64,000 nucleotides of DNA from Flavobacteriales bacterium. Its GTDB lineage: Bacteria > Bacteroidota > Bacteroidia > Flavobacteriales_F > PHOS-HE28. The notes beneath the pieces were generated by a model that worked only from the letters and a program-made list of their open reading frames with translations, was not told the DNA's origin and did no database searches. The DNA lies in contig JBBSUV010000001.1 in assembly GCA_038234075.1 (NCBI GenBank), positions 6,070 through 70,069 on the forward strand. Direction: 5' to 3'. The stretch's first letter is position 1, and every line of letters begins with the position of its first letter. Positions 38,880 to 47,842 of the stretch are shown in pieces. The translations under genes and the position numbers were made by a program.

Positions 38880-39545
38880 ATGCACGTTGCCGAGGTTCTT
38901 GTTGCGGGAGAGCGGTTCCTTCTTCACCCCTTCCGTGCGTTGTTCTGGCCGCGCGAACGCTGGTTGGTGGTAAGTGACCTCCATCTTGGAAAAGCGGCCC
39001 ATTTCCGGAAATCCGGAGCACCGCTGCCGGAGGGACAGGATGCGGCCACGCTGCACCGCTTGGACGTGGTGATGGAAACCTTCCAGCCTGAACGGCTCGT
39101 GATCCTCGGCGACCTCTTCCACAGCAGCCACAACAAGCAGTGGGACGTCTTCCTGCAGTGGGCCCGCGCTCAAAAAACAGCGCTGCACCTAGTGACCGGC
39201 AACCACGATATTCTCGCACTCGAGCATTACGAAGCTGCCGGACTTCTGGTACATACTGATCCTCTGGTGATAGGTCCTTTCGCATGGGCGCATGAGCCTT
39301 TGGAAATGCCCGGCTTCTATTCCATAGCTGGCCATATTCATCCCGGCATTGTACTGTATGGCCCAGCACGTCAGCGACTGAAGCTTCCTTGTTTCTTCTT
39401 CGGTGAAAGCAAGGCCATCCTGCCTGCATTCGGCATGAGTACTGGCCTTTACATGGTGAAGCCCGGTCCAACGGATCGCGTCTTCAGTTGCACGGATCGC
39501 GCGGTACTGGATGTGAGCCGGTCCTTCGCCCGCCTCAGTGAGTGA
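38880..39545 (+). CDS. pdeM: Ligase-associated DNA damage response endonuclease PdeM (metallophosphoesterase)
   Basis: Metallophosphatase motifs VVSDLHLGK ... GDLFH ... GNHD. 221 aa, the last gene of the unit. Confidence 0.75.
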   Translation: MHVAEVLVAGERFLLHPFRALFWPRERWLVVSDLHLGKAAHFRKSGAPLPEGQDAATLHRLDVVMETFQPERLVILGDLFHSSHNKQWDVFLQWARAQKTALHLVTGNHDILALEHYEAAGLLVHTDPLVIGPFAWAHEPLEMPGFYSIAGHIHPGIVLYGPARQRLKLPCFFFGESKAILPAFGMSTGLYMVKPGPTDRVFSCTDRAVLDVSRSFARLSE

Positions 39546-39564
39546 GGTTGAAAAAAGTCGATCC

Positions 39565-41103
39565 TCAACTCGCCCAGCCCTCCCGGTCCAGGCTGCGGTA
39601 CTGGATCGCCTCGGCGAGGTGTTCCGTACGGATGTCATTGCTCCCAGCGAGGTCTGCGATGGTACGGGCCACCTTCAAGATGCGATCATAGGCGCGAGCG
39701 CTGAGGCCGAGTCGCTCCATGGCCTTCTGCAACAGCGCTTGTCCGGTGGCATCGATGCGACAGTACTTGCGCAGCTGCTGGGTGGAGATCTGTGCATTGC
39801 TGTGCATTTTAGTTCCCTTGTAGCGCTGTTCCTGCACGTTGCGCGCACGCACCACGCGTTCCCGGACAGCAGCGCTCTTCTCCGTTTCGCGCTCACTGGA
39901 GAGTTCGCTGAAGGCCACCGGTGTCACCTCGATGTGGATGTCGATACGGTCGAGCAGTGGACCGCTGATCTTGTTGATGTATTTCTGCACTACGCCCGGC
40001 GCACATACGCAATCGCGATCGGGATGGTTGTAAAAACCGCAGGGGCACGGGTTCATTGCCGCCACCAGCATGAAGCTCGCGGGATATTCCACGGTGAACT
40101 TCGCCCGGCTGATCGTTACCACACGATCCTCTAAAGGCTGGCGCATCACCTCCAGCACGGTGCGCTTGAACTCGGGCAGTTCATCCAGAAAGAGCACGCC
40201 GTTGTGCGCCATGCTGATCTCACCCGGCTGTGGGAAGGAACCGCCGCCAACGAGCGCCACATCGCTAATGGTGTGGTGCGGGGAGCGGAACGGGCGGGTG
40301 CTGAGCAGGGAATCCTCCGTGCGGAGTTTGCCGGCGACGCTGTGGATCTTGGTGGTCTCCAGCGCCTCGTCGATGTTGAGCGGCGGCATGATCGTGGGGA
40401 GTCGCTTGGCGATCATCGTCTTGCCCGCGCCGGGTGGCCCGATGAGGATGACGTTGTGCCCGCCTGCGGCCGCTATCTCGAAGGCACGCTTGATGTTCTC
40501 TTGCCCTTTCACATCGCTGAGGTCCACGGAATAGTTGCTGCTGTGCGCAGCGAATTCAGCGGCGATATCCATCAGGGTCGGCTCAATGGTGGTGCGACCT
40601 TCCATCAGCTCCACCACTTGGCTCAGGTGCTCCACACCGATCACGTCGATACCCTGCACGATGGCGGCCTCGCGTGCGTTGGCCACTGGCACGATCACCC
40701 CTTGGAATCCTTGTTTCTTTGCTTCCAGCGCGATGGGTAAAGCACCTTTGATCCGTCGCACCTCGCCGTCCAGCGAAAGCTCGCCCATCACCACAAGGTC
40801 TGCAAAGCGCGAGGTGTCCAATTGCCCGCTGGCCGCGAGGATGCCCAATGCGATGGGCAGATCGTAAGCCGTTCCTTCCTTGCGGATATCGGCGGGGGCC
40901 AGATTGACCGTGAGCTCCTTCCCGCGCGGCATGTGGAAGCCGATGTTGCTGATCGCTGCGCTCACCCGCTGATGGCTCTCCTTCACCGCATTGTCCGGCA
41001 GACCCACCATGAAGAACTTGAGGCCCTTGATGATGTTCGTCTCCACGGTGATGATGGTGGCATCCACCCCGAAGACCGCACAACCGAAATTTTTGACGAT
41101 CAT
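39565..41103 (-). CDS. comM: YifB/ComM family Mg-chelatase-like AAA+ ATPase
   Basis: Walker A ILIGPPGAGKTM, sensor motifs and a C-terminal ChlI-like domain. The likely start is the Met at 41103 (MIVKNFGCAVFGVD...); the ORF track start is 41184. Confidence 0.85.
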   Translation of the reverse strand: MIVKNFGCAVFGVDATIITVETNIIKGLKFFMVGLPDNAVKESHQRVSAAISNIGFHMPRGKELTVNLAPADIRKEGTAYDLPIALGILAASGQLDTSRFADLVVMGELSLDGEVRRIKGALPIALEAKKQGFQGVIVPVANAREAAIVQGIDVIGVEHLSQVVELMEGRTTIEPTLMDIAAEFAAHSSNYSVDLSDVKGQENIKRAFEIAAAGGHNVILIGPPGAGKTMIAKRLPTIMPPLNIDEALETTKIHSVAGKLRTEDSLLSTRPFRSPHHTISDVALVGGGSFPQPGEISMAHNGVLFLDELPEFKRTVLEVMRQPLEDRVVTISRAKFTVEYPASFMLVAAMNPCPCGFYNHPDRDCVCAPGVVQKYINKISGPLLDRIDIHIEVTPVAFSELSSERETEKSAAVRERVVRARNVQEQRYKGTKMHSNAQISTQQLRKYCRIDATGQALLQKAMERLGLSARAYDRILKVARTIADLAGSNDIRTEHLAEAIQYRSLDREGWAS

Positions 41104-41119
41104 GTGGAGGAAGGGTTTA

Positions 41120-41264
41120 CCACGGAGACACGGAGGCACGGAGAAATGCAAAATGAGATCAACCGCAACGACGTTACGACGCAACGGGTACGCAACGTCT
41201 GAGCAACACCAAGGACCTCACCACGCAAGGAACCTTTCTTCTCTGTGGCTCTGTGCCTCCGTGG
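41120..41264. repeat. 145-bp imperfect palindromic intergenic element: arms of three tandem CACGGAG octamers around a core with CGCAACG repeats
   Basis: Left arm ccacggagacacggaggcacggag (41120-41143). Right arm ctctgtggctctgtgcctccgtgg (41241-41264), whose reverse complement is ccacggaggcacagagccacagag. The core contains cgcaacg three times. It sits in the 172-nt gap between gmhA and comM. Confidence 0.8.
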
Positions 41265-41275
41265 TTCGCATTCCA

Positions 41276-41851
41276 TCACGGCATCCCTCTTTCGATGTGA
41301 TCGATCAATGCATGGATCACCTTGATGTGGACTTCCTGCACGCGATCAGCGTAACCGGCATGCGGCACGCGGACCTCCACATCGCAGAGCGGGGCCAGTT
41401 GCCCGCCATCCTTGCCGGTGAGGCCGATCACCTTCACGCCTTGCTTCTTTGCTACTTCAGCTGCACGCAGAACGTTCGGGCTGTTTCCGCTGGTACTGAT
41501 CGCGAGCAACACATCACCCGACTTCCCAAGGGCCTGCACATAGCGTGCGAAAACCTGCTCGAAGCCATGGTCGTTCCCAACGCAGCTGAGGTGGCTGGGA
41601 TCACTGATGCTCACTGCTGCTATCGGTGCGCGGTCATCGCGGAACTTGCCGGTGAGCTCTTCGGCGAAGTGCATCGCATCGCACATGCTTCCGCCGTTGC
41701 CACAACTGATCACTTTGCCGCCCGCTTTCAATGCAGTCAACATAAGATCACCAGCACGCCCTACAGCTTGCAGGTTGGCAGGATCGGAGCAGAAGCGCTC
41801 CAGCACGGAAGCCGCCTCCGTGAAATGACTTTCAATGCGTTCGTTCGCCAT
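41276..41851 (-). CDS. gmhA: SIS-domain D-sedoheptulose-7-phosphate isomerase (GmhA/DiaA family)
   Basis: SIS motifs [19 protein letters not shown] and [13 protein letters not shown]. 191 aa. Confidence 0.7.
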   Translation of the reverse strand: MANERIESHFTEAASVLERFCSDPANLQAVGRAGDLMLTALKAGGKVISCGNGGSMCDAMHFAEELTGKFRDDRAPIAAVSISDPSHLSCVGNDHGFEQVFARYVQALGKSGDVLLAISTSGNSPNVLRAAEVAKKQGVKVIGLTGKDGGQLAPLCDVEVRVPHAGYADRVQEVHIKVIHALIDHIERGMP

Positions 41852-41969
41852 GGTCGTGTGTTCGCGAAGATGGGAAGGATTATGCGACGGAGTTCTTTCT
41901 TAGTCGGGAGTCGGGAGTCAATAAGTCGTGAGTCCGCTGGCTCATGACTTCCGACCCATGGACTCACGA

Positions 41970-44468
41970 CTACTTACTCGCCCGTTCCTCCAGATGCTTC
42001 ATCGCCTTGAGGCCGCGCTGCAGGAAGCTGCCGTACTCATCCGCGTCCGGGGTGTAGCCCACCGGGTCGGTGAGCAGCACGCCGTCCGGGCTGATCAGCG
42101 CATAGTAGGGCTGGCTGTTGTTGATGAAGGTCTCCGTTTGCAGCGTGCTCCACTTGTTGCCGAGCGTGGTCAGCCGCTTCTGCTTCCCGGTGCACGTTGT
42201 GTAGTCGCGCTGTTCGCTTGCAGGGAGTTCGGTCTTATCATCCACGTATAGCGAGATCAGCACGTAGTCCTTGTCGATCTTCTCTCGGACGTTCTTCACT
42301 GGCCACACATGCTCCTCCATCTTACGGCAGTTCACGCAGGCATAACCGGTGAAATCGAGGAGTATCGGCTTGCCCGTGGCCTTGGCCTGTGCGAGGCCGG
42401 CATCGAGGTCGTGGTAGCAGTCCAGTCCGTTGGGGCAGTCCTTGGGCAAGATCCAGCTGTAGCCCACGGGCGGCGCCAGGCCGCTCATCAGCTTCATGGT
42501 GGTGAAGGTGTTGTTCACCTTGTCCACTCGGAAGCCCAGGGCGAGGTAGATCGACATCGCGCCGAACAGCACAGCAAAGCCCCAGCGCATGGGCGAGATC
42601 GCCCGCAATGGGCTGTCGTGCGGGAACCGGATCTTTCCGAGCATGTAGAGCGTGACACCTATGGCACAGATGACCCACACGGCCATGAACAGCTCGTAGG
42701 GTACGATCCGCCAGTGTTTTACGAGATCGGCATTGCTAAGGAACTTGAATGCCAAGGCCACTTCCGCGAAACCGAGAACCACCTTCACACTGTTCAGCCA
42801 ACTGCCCGAACGGGGTAGCGAATTCAGCCAACCGGGGAACATGGCGAAGAGCGCGAACGGCAAAGCCAATGCAAGCCCGAAGGCGCCCATGCCGACGGTT
42901 AGCTGCCACGCGCCGCCATCGCCGGTGAGCGCACCCGCCAACAACGAACCCAGGATCGGACCAGTGCAGGAGAACGACACCAAAGCCAAGGTGAGCGCCA
43001 TGAAGAAGATGCCGATCGCACCGCCAAAGCGGCTGGCATTGCTGTCCATTTTGTTCACCCAACTGCTGGGCAGGGTGATCTCGAAGTAGCCGAAGAAGGA
43101 CACCGCAAAGACCAGGAAGATGACGAAGAAGAAGACGTTCAGCCAAGGGTTTGTGCTGATCTCATTGAAGATCTCCGGGTTCACCGAGCCCAAAAGGTGG
43201 AATGGCAAGCTGAAGAGGATGTAGATCCCTAGGATGAAGAGGCCGTAGGTGATGGCGTTCCGCAGGCCCTTCGCCTTGTCCTCGCTGCCTTTGGTGAAGA
43301 AGCTCACCGTGAGCGGGATCATCGGGAATACGCACGGCGTGAGCAGTGCCAGCAGGCCACCGATGAAGCCGAGAAAGAAGATGTTCCAGAGTGAGCCACT
43401 GCTGCGCACCTGGTTGTCAACGGTCTCCACATCGCCACGCAGGACGGGTGCATCGAGGTCCACCTTGGCCAACTTCAGGTCGCAGCCATCGCCGGAGGCC
43501 GCGGAGGTGCCGGGCATATCGCCGATGAGCGAAGCCCCGGTGGCAGGGATAATGCTGAATTTCAAGGGATCGGGGAAAACGCAGCGCGTGTTGTCACAAG
43601 CCATGAAGTCGATGGTCCCGGTGATGGGTTCCGCGGGATCACCTACTTGTACGGTGCGGCTGTAGGTGACCTCCTTCTTGAATTTACGGACCACGATCCC
43701 GAAGAGGTCGTCCATACCCTCATGCATATCGGGGCCGGTCTCACTGGTCTCGCCCAAGGGCACTGCTGTGCCGGTAGTGTCGAAATTGATCTTGGTGGGG
43801 ATCGGTCCTTCACCGAAGGATACCTGGGAGTAGACCCCCCACAAGTTTTCGATGGTGGCATGAAGATCCACTTGCCATTTCCCACCGCCGAGGTCCTTGG
43901 CCGATACATCCCATTTCACCGGGTCCAGGATGCCAGCGGACGGGGTAGTTGAAGCGCTCTCCTTGGGGATGGGCAAACCGGCCATGGAAGAAGCACCCGT
44001 GGCGGGCGTGATGCTGAAATAGACGGGGTCCGGGAAGATGCAGGCCTCGTCGTTGCAGGTCATGAAGTCGAAGCGCCCGGTGATCGGTTTGCCCGGCTCC
44101 GTGGTATTGATGCGTTGGGTGAAGATGGCGCGACCCGCATACTTCTTCACCTTCATCTCGAACACCGGGTCCATGCCCTCCTTTTTGTGTTCGCCGGTCT
44201 CAGCGGTGATGCCGCTCAAGGTGAAATTGGGCAGGGTGTCAAAGGCGAAAGCCGTGGGCATTGGGCCGGCATCCCCGAAGTTCTCCTGTGAATAGACATA
44301 CCAACCCGGGTCCACGATAGCGGTGAAGATCAAGTCCCACGCACCGGGCTGCTGTTGCTGTGCGGTGATGGCCCACTTCACCGGCTCCTTCGGTGCGGGA
44401 GTGCCGGGTTGCTGGGCGACGGAGAAGAGTGCAACGAAGGCAAAAAGAGCGGATAAGATCGACCTCAT
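41970..44468 (-). CDS. dsbD: Protein-disulfide reductase DsbD (thiol:disulfide interchange protein)
   Basis: Signal peptide, duplicated periplasmic N-terminal domains, a central 8-TM CcdA-like core (LTPCVFPMIPL) and a C-terminal thioredoxin fold with a CVNC active site. Confidence 0.8.
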   Translation of the reverse strand: MRSILSALFAFVALFSVAQQPGTPAPKEPVKWAITAQQQQPGAWDLIFTAIVDPGWYVYSQENFGDAGPMPTAFAFDTLPNFTLSGITAETGEHKKEGMDPVFEMKVKKYAGRAIFTQRINTTEPGKPITGRFDFMTCNDEACIFPDPVYFSITPATGASSMAGLPIPKESASTTPSAGILDPVKWDVSAKDLGGGKWQVDLHATIENLWGVYSQVSFGEGPIPTKINFDTTGTAVPLGETSETGPDMHEGMDDLFGIVVRKFKKEVTYSRTVQVGDPAEPITGTIDFMACDNTRCVFPDPLKFSIIPATGASLIGDMPGTSAASGDGCDLKLAKVDLDAPVLRGDVETVDNQVRSSGSLWNIFFLGFIGGLLALLTPCVFPMIPLTVSFFTKGSEDKAKGLRNAITYGLFILGIYILFSLPFHLLGSVNPEIFNEISTNPWLNVFFFVIFLVFAVSFFGYFEITLPSSWVNKMDSNASRFGGAIGIFFMALTLALVSFSCTGPILGSLLAGALTGDGGAWQLTVGMGAFGLALALPFALFAMFPGWLNSLPRSGSWLNSVKVVLGFAEVALAFKFLSNADLVKHWRIVPYELFMAVWVICAIGVTLYMLGKIRFPHDSPLRAISPMRWGFAVLFGAMSIYLALGFRVDKVNNTFTTMKLMSGLAPPVGYSWILPKDCPNGLDCYHDLDAGLAQAKATGKPILLDFTGYACVNCRKMEEHVWPVKNVREKIDKDYVLISLYVDDKTELPASEQRDYTTCTGKQKRLTTLGNKWSTLQTETFINNSQPYYALISPDGVLLTDPVGYTPDADEYGSFLQRGLKAMKHLEERASK

Positions 44469-44470
44469 AT

Positions 44471-44929
44471 CTACTTGGCTGAAGGGATATCCAAGGTGAA
44501 TTCCACCTTGCGCGGCGGCAGGCAGGTTTTGTCGTTGCAGGCCATGTATTCCACGGAACCGTGCAAGGTGTATGCATCCTGCGTATCGCGTTCCGTGGGT
44601 TGGCTGAAGGTGGCCGTACCGCCATGGTAACGGACGACCATGCCGAAGTTGGGATCATCCGTTTCTTCCGGTTCCTGTTCAACGGCCGGGCCGGCGAGAT
44701 GATAGCCTTGTCCGGGATCCACGGTCACCACGGTGGGCAACGGCCCTTCGTCGCTTGGCAGCGTAAGTGCATAGATGTGCCATCCGGGTTCACATGTGGC
44801 GGTGAGATGAACCTGTACCGTGTCACCCCCGGCAGGTCCTGAGGCGAACACCCAAGAGATCGGTCCGCCCGCCCATGCGAGGGATCCCAAACCGGTACCG
44901 AGGAGAAAAAGAAGAATGCGTAGAGCCAT
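44471..44929 (-). CDS. Stand-alone DsbD N-terminal-domain-like periplasmic protein
   Basis: 153 aa after the signal peptide (MALRILLFLLGTGLGSLAWA). Conserved Cys pair. Placed immediately upstream of dsbD; the ORF track start at 45097 is an extension. Confidence 0.4.
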   Translation of the reverse strand: MALRILLFLLGTGLGSLAWAGGPISWVFASGPAGGDTVQVHLTATCEPGWHIYALTLPSDEGPLPTVVTVDPGQGYHLAGPAVEQEPEETDDPNFGMVVRYHGGTATFSQPTERDTQDAYTLHGSVEYMACNDKTCLPPRKVEFTLDIPSAK

Positions 44930-44990
44930 CGCTGCTTCGTTAAGCCCCAAAGCTACCCTTTGAGGCGATGGGGAACCGCTCCCGAAAATC

Positions 44991-46334
44991 CTACGATGGT
45001 GATCCTGTTGACCCCGAAAATGTGATGCAGAGCACTTTTTCCGTGCCGGAACCGGGAGAAACCCCCTCGGCCACGCGATGGCCAACGAGCCAAACAACGT
45101 CCGGACCGCTGATCAGTGCATAGCTGCTGGCCTTGCCATTCCGGGAGGTGCCGGCATCGATGAGGATGTCGCTCAGGAGTTTGGAACCACCCAGACCTAC
45201 GGGCCGCATGCGATCTCCGATACGCCATGGCCGCAACGTCAGCGGGAATTCCAAGGTGTCCAGGTCCAGCCATGCGGTGTTCATGCCTTCGGAAAAGGCC
45301 ACTTCGGTAGGGTCACACGTGCGCCAGCGGAAAGGCCCGGCGATGCCTTTGGAAACATCGGACCGGGAAATGCCAAAAGTGGGAAAGCCATCGGGTCCGC
45401 GGTCCACCACCACCTGCGTCCGTTCGACCGAGATCCGCAGGTCGCCAGCATAAAAACGCGCACCTGTGGAACGGTCATTGACAGCCTCCAGAAGTTGTTC
45501 GATCAGGTCAGGATGCAGCTCCATTCCACCAAGCAAGCGCATCAGGAACAACCGGGGAGCAGCACTTCCTTCCAAGTGCTCGATAGGGATGCGCAGGACC
45601 CCTTCGGTATCAGGAGCCAAGCCTTCCGTTTCACGGGTCACCTGCTGATCGGCCGCTGCTCCCAGCTCCTTAAGCAGTTCAGCACCCCGGACCATCGTGC
45701 GCCGGGCACCGGGCCGCATATTCTCCATCAGCGGCAACAGTTCGGTCCGCACGCGGTTGCGGAGATACTTGGGGTCGGCGTTGCTTGCATCCTCGCGGAA
45801 AGCGATGCCATTCGCGACGGCGTACTCCATGATCTTTTCACGGCCGACACCAAGCAGTGGCCTACAGATCCGTCCTTCCTCCAGCTCCGTCACCGCAGGG
45901 ATGCCGGACCAGCCATGGGCACCGATGCCGCGCATAAGATTCAGCATCAACGTCTCCGTCACATCATCGCGGTGATGGCCCAAAGCCATGCGGGCCGGCC
46001 CTTCGCGCAGCAGTTCCTTGAACCACGCATAACGCAGTTCCCGCGCGGCCATCTGCACCGAAATACCTTCCGCGGCCGCCTTCGGGTCCACCCGAACGGA
46101 CTGGAACGGAAGTCCCAGCTTCTTGGCCTGCTCTTCCACGAAAACGCGGTCAGCATCGCTTTCCGCGCCTCGGAGGCCATGGTCCACATGGGTCACATGG
46201 CACGGATGGCCAAGTTCATGGAGCACATGCAACAGAACCATGCTGTCCACGCCGCCACTTACGGCCACCCAAAGCTGCTCCCCGGGCAGCAGCATACGCT
46301 CCCGTTGGAGGAGGCGACGCACGTCAGCAAGCAT
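44991..46334 (-). CDS. tilS: tRNA(Ile)-lysidine synthetase TilS
   Basis: PP-loop SGGVDSMVLLHVL. 447 aa. Confidence 0.85.
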   Translation of the reverse strand: MLADVRRLLQRERMLLPGEQLWVAVSGGVDSMVLLHVLHELGHPCHVTHVDHGLRGAESDADRVFVEEQAKKLGLPFQSVRVDPKAAAEGISVQMAARELRYAWFKELLREGPARMALGHHRDDVTETLMLNLMRGIGAHGWSGIPAVTELEEGRICRPLLGVGREKIMEYAVANGIAFREDASNADPKYLRNRVRTELLPLMENMRPGARRTMVRGAELLKELGAAADQQVTRETEGLAPDTEGVLRIPIEHLEGSAAPRLFLMRLLGGMELHPDLIEQLLEAVNDRSTGARFYAGDLRISVERTQVVVDRGPDGFPTFGISRSDVSKGIAGPFRWRTCDPTEVAFSEGMNTAWLDLDTLEFPLTLRPWRIGDRMRPVGLGGSKLLSDILIDAGTSRNGKASSYALISGPDVVWLVGHRVAEGVSPGSGTEKVLCITFSGSTGSPS

Positions 46335-47616
46335 GTCCGAAGGCGTTCAGGACCGTGCTGGCCTTGTGCTCACATTCCTCATACTCCTTCAGCGGATCAC
46401 TGGCCGCAGTGATGGCCCCACCGGAGATCAGCGAAGCGCGCCCAGTGGAAGCATCCCATGTCACCGTGCGGATCACCACGTTCAGGTCCGCGGTTCCGTC
46501 GGGCAGGAAGAAGCCGATCGTCCCACTGAAAAGCCCGCGGCGCATATCCTCCGCCTCATCGATCAACTGCATGGCCCGCACCTTAGGCGCGCCGGTCATG
46601 CTGGCCATGGGGAATGTGGCGCGCAGGATGTCCATGGGTGTGGTGCCTTCGCGGATACGCGCGCTGACGGTGCTCACCATCTGATGCACGTTCATGTAGC
46701 TCTTCACTGCGCAAAGTTCTTCCACCTGCACCGAACCCGGCGCGGCGATGCGGCTAAGGTCGTTGCGCGATACATCCAGTGCCATGATGTTCTCGCTCCG
46801 TTCCTTGGGGTCCAGCGCCAACTCTTCGGCCAAGGCGGCATCCTCGGCCATGCTCCGGCCGCGCGGACGGGTGCCTTTCATGGGCTGGGAGATCAACCGG
46901 TCGCCTTCCAAGCGGAGAAAAAGCTCCGGGCTGGCGCAAAGCGCGAACTGGTCTCCATTCCGCAGGAAGGCTGCATAGGGCGCGTCGGAATGTACCAGAA
47001 GCCTGGCAAAGGCTGCATGGGGTTCGAAATCAGGGAGTTGAGCGGAACGCAGGGTGCAATAATTCACTTCATAGATGTTGCCTTGGTGAATATGGGCCAG
47101 CAACTTGCGGACCTGCTCCAAGTACCGCTCTTTGGTGGTGGTGCGGGTCCATCGGGCAGGTTCCATTTGCAGGACCGGACCGGGGTCGGTGAGGAATTCC
47201 TTCAAAAATTCGCGGCCCTCCTTCTCATCCCCTGATTCAGCTTGAAGGACCGCCTTTCCCTGCTCCAGCCGAATGAGGAACCGGGGCGTCCACCAGCTCG
47301 AAATGGCAAAGGCATCGCGTCCAGGGTGGCGGCTCGCTAGGTTCTCAAAGCTGTTTTTCAGGTCGTATCCGGCATAGCCGATACAGGGATGGGTGCCGAA
47401 GCGGGGCTCTCTAGTGGAAGGACCGGAGGTGCCAATACCGATCACCCATTCGTCCCGGTCTCCGACGCGTCGGGCCAGCACGGTCCGGAACGGCTCCAGA
47501 GCCCTCCAGTTGAGGGTTCCGCTCCATGGCAGTTCGATCGGGGAAATCACTTTGCAAGGATAGGGATGGAGAAGGGCCCGGTCACGCACCCATCGCCTGA
47601 CCAGCCTGTTATCCAA
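46324..47616 (-). CDS. pabB: Chorismate-binding enzyme, aminodeoxychorismate/anthranilate synthase component I family
   Basis: C-terminal chorismate-binding motifs (FPMASMTGAPKVRAMQLIDEAE; GLFSGTIGFF). 430 aa. Confidence 0.7.
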   Translation of the reverse strand: MDNRLVRRWVRDRALLHPYPCKVISPIELPWSGTLNWRALEPFRTVLARRVGDRDEWVIGIGTSGPSTREPRFGTHPCIGYAGYDLKNSFENLASRHPGRDAFAISSWWTPRFLIRLEQGKAVLQAESGDEKEGREFLKEFLTDPGPVLQMEPARWTRTTTKERYLEQVRKLLAHIHQGNIYEVNYCTLRSAQLPDFEPHAAFARLLVHSDAPYAAFLRNGDQFALCASPELFLRLEGDRLISQPMKGTRPRGRSMAEDAALAEELALDPKERSENIMALDVSRNDLSRIAAPGSVQVEELCAVKSYMNVHQMVSTVSARIREGTTPMDILRATFPMASMTGAPKVRAMQLIDEAEDMRRGLFSGTIGFFLPDGTADLNVVIRTVTWDASTGRASLISGGAITAASDPLKEYEECEHKASTVLNAFGHAC

Positions 47617-47842
47617 TGATCTCCACCAAATTTATCCCCAAGAGGCAACCCACACGCTCCCCGCACGTCAATTCTATGTCCGACACGGGCATTGCGCTCC
47701 ATTCTTGCCGTTCATCTTCAAGATGCACATCAAGTTCAAGTAGCTGTGACCCACACGTTCCTGTTACTAAATAGGCACCCGATCAGGAAAAAGAACAGGT
47801 CCAATGGCACATATGGACATTTCCGATAACTTTGGTCTACCC

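Noticed and set aside
40991-41947. 318-aa plus-strand ORF spanning comM/gmhA
   Set aside because: Runs antisense across two well-supported minus-strand genes and their spacer. No motifs.
45078-46412. 444-aa plus-strand ORF
   Set aside because: Antisense to tilS (PP-loop protein on the minus strand).
46123-47235. 370-aa plus-strand ORF
   Set aside because: Antisense to the chorismate-binding enzyme gene. Arg/Gly/His-rich.
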